Shown in pieces: positions 23,169-35,245 of a stretch of 64,000 nt of DNA. Source of the DNA: Massalongia carnosa (Eukaryota); contig OZ287070.1 in NCBI GenBank assembly GCA_965645245.1, forward strand, positions 744,001 to 808,000, given 5' to 3'. The translations under genes and the position numbers were made by a program. Within the stretch, counting starts at the first letter, position 1; the number at the start of each line of letters is the position of its first letter. The notes beneath the pieces are model-generated. The model searched no databases and had not been told where the DNA came from. It saw only the letters and a list, made by a program, of their open reading frames with translations.

Positions 23169-26100
23169 GAACGATTGGCAGCAGTGTATAATTTGGTTCT
23201 CTTTTTTCACAGAGGGGGGCTCGTAAAGGCATTTAGCTTTGGATATGTCTTAATGAACGAAATACGCTGCGCATTGTCAGGGTATGATTATACATCCTGC
23301 TGGCTCTTGGATGGAATCAGAGCAGCCCGCTTTTAAATACTTTTGGGGTTGAAAGAGACCTGATGGGGCTTAAAGAGTGAGGAGATGAAGTGAATATCCT
23401 ATGCATTTTAAGATTTTGCCGCCTTCAGCCCTTGCCTCTTTTTGGAGCACGACGTGGTGACAAAGTGAAATACCGATTTGGATGACAGATTGGTTGAAAG
23501 AGTAATTGGTTGTTTCTAGAGCAAAGATGCACCTTCTAGATTACGGATTATTTTGAACTAGATTAGGCGCGTGAGTGTATCGCACAGCTGAGGTTTTGTT
23601 AGCTGCATTGATTAACACCATACCCCTAGTTTGGGATTATTCTTGAGAGTCCATTACGACTAAAGTGATCTACCGTCCAAAATTCACTTCCTTCTAAACC
23701 AACGAGCTTTCCCTATTCATTGTTATGTAGGACTTTCTACTATTAGTCAGTCGGTCATTTCTTACTAATACGAGGAGTCCTTTGCAGACACCATCCTCCC
23801 GAGGTCATCTCTGCCTGGAATGGCAAATCCACCCGTTCTTCTCGATACATTCTCCCCCTTTATCAGAAGTCGTCATGGCCGAAGTAAAGACTAGACTAGA
23901 TGTTACTTCAGAATAGCCAAACTTTGCAAAGCTATTGGATCTGCCCTTGGACTAGATGTGAATGTCAAAGAGCAACATGTTGGCATTACCGCGGTGTAAC
24001 TAGCTGTTGCTTGAGGCTTCAAGGAGATTGTGTGTGTTCTCCTATCAAGAAGAGCGGACTTCGGTGACTAGAATTCGTCTCACTCATTGTTCGGTCCGCC
24101 AAGACTCTCGCTCAGGCTTGCCCACTCTCAGATCAATGCAATCTCTTAGTGAAACTAATGTGCGTTTCTTATGGCTAGATTTGTGAACGGTCGAAAGAGG
24201 TACTCGAAATATACTTCTGGCTACACTTCGTGACGCTGGTTATGGGCATCAGCGGCCATATCAGCCCCATTACACTCAACAGCCAACTCATTATGGGTGA
24301 TCAAGTGATTTGTAAAGAAAACCATTCCAGGATTCCTAATGTACTCCAAGAAACATTCCTTTCAAAGAAGCAACTGTAGTCGCCCGACTCTTCAGGTGAT
24401 AAGGTTTCACTCCTAAGGGTCAAGACGCACTTTCGTCCGATATGTAATAACACGCAGGATGAGTTTTCATTATTATTAAACCCTTAATCAAGTCTCCTGC
24501 CTTATGGAAAGGAAGCTTCGTTAGAAAAAGATACCGTACTTCCAAAAGATGATTTTGTACACAATCTCTTTTCATAGAGTTTCTCTAGAAATCGCTAACG
24601 GCTCAGTTTCAATATAAGTAAGAGGCTCCTTCTTAGGCCTTTTATCTTCCTTCCTTAACCCCAATCGATAAGTTATGATGCTCCGCCGTCAATTCCTGTT
24701 AGAAAGCGATTGAGATGTGGAAAATAGAAGGGATTCATCGCACGATATTCTGTATGCTTTGTAGAATCTAACATGATTTATATACGTATTTTCATTAAAT
24801 CCTCTTTACCATTCTTTCATCTCCTCCTTTACTGCCTATCTTCATCCTTATTTCCTTCATTTCTCCTTCCTTCCCCCGCATCTCTTAAACTCACCCAAAA
24901 AAGCCCCCTTAGAAATTTCCCCCAAAAAATGGTGCGAAGAGAGGTATAATCTTTGTGATATCAAACTTCCAAACAATGAAAATTAGTAGGTACCAAGGCA
25001 TCCCTTTTCGTATGCCTCAAATTACCCACCTAGACCCCCAAGTGAAGATTCAGTGAGATGGTGATATAAATGAAAGTCCACACCATCTGCCCCCATCCTT
25101 TGATATTAAGATTCCCATATGCAATTCGGAATTTCTTCGATCCTTTCAATTTACGTTCTATTTACGTTACGACAACTTCCAAACCCTCATCCCCTCCATA
25201 CCAAAAAAACCCCACCATGAGGTTTAATCCCACATTCAACCCCCCCCCCCCAAAATGACTCAAAAATCGGGCCACCTCATCCTAGGCCTAGAAACAATAT
25301 GAGGATTGGGTTATGAAAGGACTAGTTAACTACGCAAGTTGTAGCTTGGGGTGACTCAGCGCTAGCTATGCCTTGCGATGCGCTTGATGAAATCAGCAGG
25401 GCAACCAATCGTAACCGCTAGCCAAAACAGGAAGGAATCAAGGGTACTCCGTACTTATGAAAACGGTAATTGGTGCCTGCCTACCTATGGAGCTTGAGCC
25501 AGAGAATGTATTTGTATCTGAACATACGGAAACCCGAAAAAGGTTGTCATGTCATGGACTTTCTACTTATATAGACAGGGGTTGAAAGACCGAATGACTC
25601 CTCCAACCCCCCCAAGAACTTGTGACGAAAGGCCCTCCGATAAGGCTATTGAGACCGAACTACCCAGATATTCCCACTCCCATCCCAGTGTATACCAAAT
25701 TCCTAAGTACTTATCGTCGCCTTTGAAACCCTCATAAAATCATATACCCTCGACCGTGGCCTGCATGATCTCAATAATCCCTTTGTTAGAAAAACATGCA
25801 ATGAAATGTAATCCCGACCCCCTTTCGCTGATACTCATAGCTCAGTACATCCTCCCCACTCGTAAACGCTCAATGTGATCGATCGTAGAACGCCGCAGCC
25901 CAGCCGCTAGGCGTGGAAGGAAAGGAAATAGGGGTCCCCGTGGGCTATTTACTTGGTGTCTTTGATGTCCTGGAGAAGTGCACGGAGCGCTGCTCCATTT
26001 AAACTCTCCAGTGCAGGGCTCAATGCAGGAAGAATATATATACCCAAGGATAACAGGCCCAGTGTCTAAGGCAGAGCGCACGGCGCTCCCAAGACGCTTG

Positions 26101-26210
26101 CCGATATCCTCCATGCGTACTGCCATCTTCCTTCCACAGCGCCGGTCTCGGTGGTTGATACAATGGTATTTTTCGATTTCCAAATCCACCATGCACGTTG
26201 CCTTGGTCGG

Positions 26211-26465
26211 TCACCGCCGAGGGCGGTCGTCTTGTTGCTTCTGGATGTAGCCTCCGCTCGAGTAGCCGGAGTCTGGAAAAGTAGGCTGGTAGGATGATGA
26301 TGGCTGGGAGCTGCTGAGCGAATGCCTCAAGCACGTGTAGCCAACTAGGACTTCTTTGATTTTGATAACGTGATCACGTCGTCCATAGGCCGGGCAAGGG
26401 TCAACAGCATGGCTGTAGTAGACGCAGCGGCAGACAGCATAGCGTTCGATGATCTTGATGCACAT
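26211..26465 (-). CDS. Small Cys/His-rich hypothetical protein (84 aa)
   Basis: MCIKIIERYAVCRCVYYSHAVDPCPAYGRRDHVIKIKEVLVGYTCLRHS. The MC...ERY..C.C.YY.H.VDPC..YG...H......VLVGY.C..H pattern resembles small uncharacterised Pezizomycotina proteins (from memory, not searched). Confidence 0.72.
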   Translation of the reverse strand: MCIKIIERYAVCRCVYYSHAVDPCPAYGRRDHVIKIKEVLVGYTCLRHSLSSSQPSSSYQPTFPDSGYSSGGYIQKQQDDRPRR

Positions 26466-29400
26466 CTCGGTTGTGGATTTAACTTGATTGGTTGTGTCTT
26501 AGATGGGCGCGGTGGCAACAGTGATAGTGCTTAGTATAATTTCTGTCTATGATGAAGTGATGAATGCTTTGAAGGTGGCAAAAGGAAACAGAAGAAATGA
26601 GAGTAGTTTGGTAGCGACAGATATACAGCAGGCAGTGCGCGATGACACAGAGCGAATGACACAAATAGCACGTGGTGGACGATAGAAGAATATATATTCC
26701 TGACTCTTCTACCATATAGCATTCCAGAATGACATAACGAACATATTTAGGAGCGGGGCGTATCAGGCAGTCACCATGGCCAAGGCAACCTCTGGTGGGA
26801 ACCCATCGCGGGTTCCGCACCAGAGGGTCGGTATTGGGAAGGAAAATGGAACGCAGGACTAAAGGATTGAGAGAAGACAGACAGTGAAGAACGGCCTGCC
26901 CGAAAGTTTACAGAAAGATGAGCTTAAAGTTACTCGAGTCCGTGCAAGGCAAATATCGAGCAGCCACTCATGGCTCAAAGGAGGCTGTGACTCCAAGATG
27001 AGCTTAGAACAAGTGGAAAGCCACGATTCATAACTGGCGAACCACGACATTGGAGCGCTGAGGCACCCGGACTTTCAAACGGTTTCCTTTGGAATGGCGC
27101 AATTTTTTAGTGTCTAGGTGATGAATACCAGCTAGTGGTGGATATATGACTGTTTGGACGGGCCATATTGATTTGCTTCACATCGGTATTGAGGCCGACA
27201 TTTCGGGTAGGGCAGAGAGGGTGGGTTGATGCTTGGATGCATGGATGCATGGATGCATGAACGCTTTGGATACTTGACACTAGTTAGCAGGGACAGAGAA
27301 AATCTTTTACTTACCACATCATTCTCCACCAGGCGCAGCAGAACAGCAGTGCAACAGCAGCAGCCGCCGCCAGTAGGCTTACATTGAGTTAGCGGGATGA
27401 GAGAAGATTGGCCAACGATCAAGGATAGTCACGTCCGAGGTTAGTTTCGCGAACTGGAGACCTAGAATAGGCCAGGTAACAGACTGAAGTCGCAGAAGGT
27501 AGCAATTTAGAGGCAAGTTGTGGCCTGATGAGGTGCCTAGATGGACGGTTTGGAGATTATGATGTTACCGCCTATGTTAATCTTAGGTTGGATTCCTGTC
27601 GGGTCATGTGATCTCGGCAAATATTGCCAATCAACCCTTCAGGATCCTTCATCTAGGCTTCAACAATGTTTATGACTCTCACCTAGGTCCTTTGACCAAC
27701 ATTCACTCCTCCTGTGAGCCCGAGAGTAGTCGCAGGCCAGTGATCTAGGAACGAAAGATCCTACATGAACGGAGTGTAGGGACCTGTTCTGTACAGAGTG
27801 TCATTGACTGTTTAGGAACATCCTTTGATCAGCCTTGAGAAAAGTCACTATGAATGAAAGGGCCAATCAAGGGTATGGATTTGATCTGAGCCACTTGATT
27901 TAAAACGTAGAATTACGCAGTAAACATTAAATAATTTTAATAGATAATTGCATGCATTCCGTCCCTTGTTGCTTTTTCGAGATCTCATCATCGCATGATA
28001 GAAGTTCCGTTAGGGTACGGAGGATCACGTGTCAGAATGACGTAATTACCTAGAAGAGGACATTCGATCGCAATACGGAGTACCTCCAGAGTACCCCCAG
28101 CGAGTAATTGAAGGCAAGCCTTAAGTGTCTTACGCCGCATTGGAACAGGAAGAGAAACAGCGAAGCGATCTTCTTTTGCTCACCGCTTAGTTAATGTGTA
28201 AATAGACTCGTCCACGACATTCAAGAGATCTTAGTTGCGGTGAATCATAATCAGGACTCAGGCAGAAAGCCTAACGAAACCGAGTCAGGCTTAACTTCAT
28301 AAGGCAACCGAGTACCGAGTACCGAGTACCTCAGTTCCAAGCCTAACTAATTCCTGACCCGCACACGCTCAGCCACTTTGATCTTTGCACCAACCTCCAC
28401 CAATCATCACCTATTCCTCTACTCTCCATTCTTCCTCCTGAAGTTTCCTTTTCGCAATCCTTAACCATCATGAAGTCGTCCTCCTGTTCCAGGGTGCTAA
28501 AAACTCCCACCAGAGTTATCGATCTAGACTCCTTGTTCTACACCCTGGCCCGCGGAGAGGACTCTTTGCAAAGTGTCACTTCCTTAGTCATCAGGAGGCA
28601 AAACATGGCCCAAGATGCCTGAGATCTTTGTGATCCCACCTATTGAACTCAAGGCGCCATGTGCTTAGCAAGGCATCTCATGATTTCTTCCTTCCCCGCC
28701 AGGACACGGCAGTATCACTGGGATTGCGCATTCACTTCAAGTTACAGGTATAGCCCGGAGAAACCTACAGGTCTCACATGAATACGATTTTAACAATACC
28801 CTGAAATGATGTTTCTAGCAAGACTTTTATCGCCAGCAGAAATCGATCACTAAGAAGTTGATTTGGCGACGCTCTTTACTTATCGTGTAAGTATTGCAGA
28901 TGTTTTTCTTGGCACATTAGCTGCCGAAGGGATTATAGAGCGAGATATCATATGTGCCTAAGCTGAATTAATACTACTTTCTCCATTTTCTTTCTGACTC
29001 AATCGGTCCTAGCCTTTTGTTCTTCGCCAACGCGTTACTCTCTGGTGTAACAGGCGGCATTATCAGGAACCGTATTCTTTGTCAGGTTTAGTTTATTTGA
29101 GAATGCTATGACTGTGAAAAGATAAGATTCAGGGGGTAGTACACCAGTAGTTTTTCGAACTAGTACTATTCATATGGCGAGAGTCATCGGTTTATTTCCA
29201 GCTCATTTAGCTCTCCTCTGTAGCTGAAGCAGGCCCATCCCGTTAAAATCCCGCTTAGCTTGTTCTCACCACAGACAGCTATTTCTTCATCCATTTATTT
29301 TGCTATTACCTTCTGCATCTTATCTATTTCGTACTAGTTACTGTACCACAAAAAACTCATGTATAATATATATCTCCCTCTACATAACGTCATATTGATT

Positions 29401-30849
29401 TCATTCCAAATCTTCTGCATGATTGAAGAGGGATGCTTTAGCTGGGCCTTCCTAAAACCACCATGAGTTTTTCGGTTACGTCGATGATATTAAACTCAGA
29501 CGGTGAGCGAGCTGCTTGTGCTCTGTTGGGTTTCAAGGAGAATAGACTATCTCTAATACAGCTTGAATTCATACCCAAAGATGTCGTTATTCAGAAAGAC
29601 GGATTCTTGTCTTGTCAATGAAGGAGCTAGCAGGGTTGAAGAAGTATACCTCCCCTGATTCCTTGTGCCAGAAAAGACAGATTTATCTCACATTAAAGCC
29701 TCCCAGCCAAAAAGGCCGAGGATGATGAAAAAACGCTTATTTGGACATTTAGAGTAAAACTCCACAGATAAAATCTTGAAGATCTTCCCTGGTGCGGAAA
29801 AGAAACGACCACCCTCCAGAAAAGTCGAGCCTTCCATACCACCAAAACCCCCTCTCGTCCATCGAACTGACAATGTACAATCAGCTGCCAACCTAATCAA
29901 CAAAAACCCGCACCAAAATAGACTCTTTCATCATCATTATACGAAACCACTTCTCCCTTGCGCTATAAGTTTGCGCTTGAGTCATAGATCCACATGGCTA
30001 CATTGATACTCTCCTAAGCCTAATCTGGGCATCATCGAAAATTTCAGGCGGACAGAAGTTTAGATTTGCATACAGTGTATGACTTTGTAGCGTGAATGAA
30101 AGACCTATACTCTGTACTCGTTGTTTTACAAGTTTCGTTCATCCTAAACCCCACACTATAATGCTTGTAACTACTTACTTACTGTAGAGGAGAGTGTGCC
30201 AGTAGTATTTTCCCACCGCTCTTATCGCTGCCTGCCGTCTTCTCGTGCAGAGCCCGATGTGGTAATTTCCGGGCGCACTATTTGACGTCCCCCGTATAAC
30301 TTGACACGATCCCCCATTTGCACGTGCTGGTTGGCGAACCAATAAAGAGCCTGGTCGATACGCGGCTACTTCCGTTCCGGAAGGTAAAGGGAGCGAGTGC
30401 CCTAGGCGCGAAACTTCAGTATTCTTAGTTCTCGATAGAGCCTTTTCTTTTAGTGTCGAGGGAACGTAGAAGGACAAGTGCTAACCTCGCTTAAGTGTCC
30501 TGAGAAATGTGCTGATGGCGGTTCCCCTGATTTGTGTTCAAAGGGGCATGAATCCAGCTGGGAATTAATCACGCTTTGAAGGACAGTGCCGGACGTGGAC
30601 ACTCTTTTCGTGAACTCTACTACGATTGCGCAATCGCCTGTCAAATAGCACAAAGGTTATTGTTTTGTTGTGTCAAATATCGCGCCCAAAGCCGATGCTT
30701 ACCTGCATACTCGAATAAGGGGGATTCGATGCCTGGAGTTAAGATCACCGGACCGTTGGTTGGAAACTGAAACTTAGAGCTGCGTTTCGACAATCGGCCT
30801 CGCTGAGGCCTCCTAATTTCGGGTCGCATTGGGTATCGAGAAAAGAGAT

Positions 30850-31656
30850 CTAGGAATCAAGCCTGGAATCCTGCATAAACTGTGTGTTCATCGAAGCAGA
30901 AGTCCATATGAGTCGGGGTTTTCTGCGCAAAATCATTATTGTTTGCTTATTCCCCTGATGCTGTCACCGATGCGGTCTTGGATCGCATTGGGACCGGCTT
31001 TTCGGTCTCTTCACAGATCTTGCACAGCCTCGAGCAGGGTATCGTCTCGATTCGCTCTGGCGTGAAGGTTATTACCGAGTGTAATAGTAAAAAGACGGAA
31101 CGAATCTGGTTGAAGCCGTCAGAACCTTTTTAACCTAGAATTCTGAGCCTCGAATCTAAGTATATCGATATCACTAACAGTTCTCAAGAAGCTCTTGGAG
31201 CCTGACTCTGTCTAGCATGCTTTTCAACCCAACCGCCCAGAACCCCCCAAAACCTAGCTCACCGCAGGTAGTAGCCACATCTTGGACCATTCTTCAGATT
31301 TCGGATTCGGTGTGATCTGAGTTGCGGAAACGAATGTAATATTCAATAGGGGCTTTGTCAAAGAAGATGTGGCATCTTAGGTCTAAGGAGTCCGTATGAT
31401 CCACAGGTATTTCGATTTTCTGACCTAATATCTCATACTCATAATTAATATAGTAGATAGTTCGAACGGTACATCCAGGCATTTCATCAATAGCGTTTGC
31501 GCATAAATTGGTAGTTATGAAGCCGCAGACAGGGTTACATCTAATGAAATTGCCATGGTCTCTAGGGTATAGTATGGCTTTTGCCGTCTGAAGAGTCCAT
31601 AGCAACTTGAGAAGGTAAAGGAAAGGAAAGCCATAGGGTTGAAAAACCTGATGCAT
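30850..31656 (-). pseudogene. Probable degraded gene for a small secreted Cys-containing protein
   Basis: Signal-peptide-like start (FPFLYLLKLLWTLQTAKA) and spaced Cys. The frame continues past a TGA at 31294 as RMVQDVATTCGELGFGGFW; sequence further downstream has more stops. The 3' end is approximate. Confidence 0.4.
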
Positions 31657-32867
31657 AACGACAAATTGGCTGTAGGCAAGCTTCAGCTGCCAAAATTGAA
31701 GGATATTGAGCTCAGAACTAGAATCTAAATAGTCAATGGTGATCACGATGTCTCTTGCATTTTTATCACCACAAGCCTGTACTTAATTTCTGTGGATGTT
31801 AGCTTTGTACTTGTAGCGGGTATATGAACTAGCCTGCTGTTGATAATAAGCATTTCACTAGGGAGCTATCCATCGTATACACTCTCTGTTTCAGGCAAAG
31901 GTTCTCAGAGGTTATGAATAAGTAATAAATCTCCTAGAATACTCTCTACGAGGTAGAACGAGACACGTTAGGCTTGCACAACATGATGAAACAATCGTTT
32001 TGGCGAACTATATCGCTCATTCGAATTCTGATTTAATTTCATGCGCATCGTCGGATAATTAATATGTAGAAAATTTGTAAGAGCTCGAGCACGTTTTATT
32101 TCATTCGGATCCTTTCTCAGTACTCTGTACAGCGCCAATGACTCTTTGAACAAAGCTGTACGTCCACGGATGCTTGGTCCATAATGTTAAACTCTGAATG
32201 ATAACAGAATATGGATAATTAGACAAATTATGATATTTAGTACAATGACACGTTCACTAACAAAAAAGAATAGAAAGACGGTAGCAAAGATATAGATATA
32301 GCAGACAATGAGGAGAAAGACATGATTGCTCAATAGCGCTATAGTTAACCAGTTTTCGCAGAACTGGCTTTCGACTCTGGCAAATCCAGACTAATTGAAA
32401 TTTTCCTGAATAACTCACAAAATTTATTGGCTTTTGTTCCTTGCCTCAGAAGGTAAGCTGCATAATAGCCTGATCACTCTGAAGGGTTGTTGATCCTCTT
32501 GTTTCGTCTTGCTCGCCAAACCTTAGGCTAAATTGAAAAGCGCAGGACATACCAACTCATTACTACATGTTAGAAATATCATTGAGTTGTGATCGAAGCC
32601 CAGGCACTCGAAACTAATATTCCAAAACGTTCACCGAGAAGGTGCACGGGTGCTAGGTTCAAGAATCGATCTGAGTCCTAAATGGACAGTTCTGCTAATC
32701 ATCGAAGCTCATTCCAAAAGCATTCACATTAAACAAGACTGCTAAGCTCCTCATACAGTTTCTCTTGTCATCTTTTAGAGAAGCCAATATTTTTACCAAG
32801 ACTAAGTAGGTAACCACGATGATTACATAGCTATAACTCAGTAAACCTTCCCCGAGTAGATTCGGGA

Positions 32868-34078
32868 CAGACCCCATCTGGCAGACCCCTCGTAAAGTTC
32901 TACTGCTTATTAGGACTAGCTTAAGCCTTATCCTCGCATAAATTAACAGTCCATCTACTAATGCAACGTCCCCCCGCAAGCTTCAAATACCTACCTAATT
33001 GATTATAATCCAGTCACTTGCAACATTACTTATTGCTATAGTCAATTCAAACATCACACGTAGCTAGCCTCTGATTATTTGATGAGGGGTAATCATCCCA
33101 TATACTCAACGGTTATCATCTTTTCGATTATATTCTTTCTCTCAGTCATGGCCTCCGCCTTATTTTCCCTAGATCAGAAAATTGAAAAGATCAAGGTCCT
33201 TCTCCCTTCAGCTCATTGTCTTCTCCCTCAAGAGAGAGAAGGTTTCGCTAGCTGAAAGAAGGGAAAGGCTCGCCTTCAGCACTATGCTTTTACTCAGGGG
33301 TTCGCGATAGTCATAAAATCTTTTCAGAAAACACGAAGAGTCATGTTATCAGAATGCACACGTCGTCATCGAAAAGAGAGAAACATCAGAAAATTGACTG
33401 AGACAGACCGCCAACGAAAGAGTACGAAAGTTTCGTTCAATAACTGAAAATATAGAGTCCGCCTAAGAAAAAAAAAAGATGAGATCTAAAGCTTACTCTA
33501 GCACTCATCAACCCCGTACACAATCATTTCATGGCCAATGACTCTTTTAGTTTCAAAGAACATCATAATAGGAACCCCGATCGAGCAGAAATCCTGAATC
33601 ATGCGAAAGGTCTTCGCGATTCATGTACTAAATATACTCAAGCCTCAAGAACTTCGCGTGTTCGAGGACTTCATCTTTCGCAGAATGATTATAATAATCT
33701 AGTTCGATCTGAAGGAAGTCATACATCCGCAGAGGAAATGAATTATACACTTGAATGCTTGAAAGGAGGAGGGTTTCACGTGCGCTGTTTAAAGAAATAT
33801 ATAGTTGAAAACAACATACGGCAGCGACGTGTTGTGAAGTTATTTTTCTTCTGCAATAAAGAGCAAATCAGATTAGTCGCAATGAGTTGTATATAATAGT
33901 AATGAAATAGTAGAGTGTACATAATAGGTGTGACTTTTTCATAAGTCAATCTGGATATAACGGCTTATCAGCTAGGTATATGAAGCTTTAGTAGATGGAC
34001 TATTAATTTAGTGTGAGGGTGAGGCTTAAGCTAGTCCTAATAAGCAGTAGAACTTTACGAGGGGTCTGATGGGGTCTG
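32868..34078 (+). mobile_element. Internally deleted, decayed Mutator-like (MULE) DNA transposon with ~100-bp TIRs
   Basis: Inverted repeats at 32868-32964 and 33985-34078 (core CAGACCCCTCGTAAAGTTCTACTGCTTATTAGGACTAGCTTAAGCC). Interior 33148-33890 encodes a stop/frameshift-ridden MULE N-terminal region (RLQHYAFTQGFAIV...ECTR...HNH.MANDSFSFKEH...LFFFCNKEQIRL). No clear target-site duplication. Confidence 0.7.
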
Positions 34079-34788
34079 TACAATGACTTTTTCTGATCGA
34101 CGTCTGCAACATAGTTATAGAGCACATCCTTTGCTCATACCAGAATCCGGAAATACCGTGAAAGTTCGTTATTTTGTTCAAATGCTGCGTTTTGAAGGGA
34201 GTTATGCATTATTAAGGGACAGAGTGTAACCCATTTATATTTTGTAGCTGCATTGATATTTGAGTGTCTGCTGTTATTTTCGTATCTTAACTATGTATCA
34301 CGAGCATAATATAAACAGACGGACAGAAAATATTCTTGCACAACTCATCCACCTTTTTCTCTTAGGGAACAATCACGAACGGGTTGAATCAATGACTAAA
34401 AGGATATATGACGTTTTATGTGACGAGGCGGCACCGGGGGCCTATTCAGGTGGTGAAGGTGGTGGCATTGCTAGCTGGCTATACTAGATAGACAAGACGA
34501 ACACAAGGAAGAAAGCAGCAATTGCTGCAGAGATTTTCCATATCTCCCGGAATCCATTTCCTTACCTGAATGCGGTTAGCTTCCCACTAAGCATCTCGCG
34601 CTCACACCATGACATTTTAGATAACTATGAATAAACCGTTGCTATAATTGCAAATGAATTACTTTAAATCTAAATCTGATGATTCACACTTATTTTGGTA
34701 TTTGCCAGCTATAATTACCTTCAGCTGGGTTTTGTTAATTAAATAAATAGTTGATATATATATTAAGAGACATATAATCAAATCATCC

Positions 34789-34934
34789 GCCCGGGTGGCA
34801 CAATTGGGTGAGTTCCAACGTCATTTGATCACAGAATTGCAAATTGCAAATAGCTGACTCTCCATAAGCTAGCGCGTAAGACTTTTATCCTTGATGTAAT
34901 CTTAAGGTTGAGGGTTCGAGCCCCTCCTCGGGCG
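34789..34934 (+). tRNA. tRNA-Lys(UUU) gene with two interruptions: 61-nt D-loop insertion (34808-34868) and canonical 11-nt anticodon-loop intron (34888-34898)
   Basis: Removing both gives GCCCGGG TG GCAC AATTGG|CTA GCGC G TAAGA CT TTT A|A TCTTA AGGTT GAGGG TTCGAGC CCCTC CTCGGGC G. This has a 7-bp acceptor stem, 5-bp anticodon and T stems, intact A box (TGGCACAATTGG) and B box (GGTTCGAGC), and one D-stem mismatch. Confidence 0.88.
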
Positions 34935-34940
34935 ATAATG

Positions 34941-34945
34941 TTTTT
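34941..34945 (+). terminator. RNA polymerase III oligo-dT terminator
   Basis: TTTTT 7 nt after the tRNA discriminator base, followed by further T runs. Confidence 0.7.
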
Positions 34946-35245
34946 GATTTTGATTTGTTTGGGTCGTTGAAATGTATTTTTACTGAACTTGTTGTTTGAT
35001 TTTCAAAAACTTGTCGGATGTTTCTTAACTTCAAAAAATCAGACTCATCTATGATAGCCCTAGTCACTAGATCTCAGCGTGGCTAATCAATCTCTCTTCT
35101 GCTAAAAGAAGTGATGACTCGCTGCATGAAACTCATGACCCTGCTCCGCCTGAATAAACCCTGCCAGCCCAGTGACCCTGGATGGAGTCATGGTCACAGA
35201 TTCAAAGTTTCGCTTTCTTCATTACAATACTGACACCACTGATAG

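Noticed and set aside
26211..26213. Selenocysteine recoding of the in-frame TGA
   Set aside because: Ascomycota are not known to have the Sec machinery, and I identified no SECIS element.
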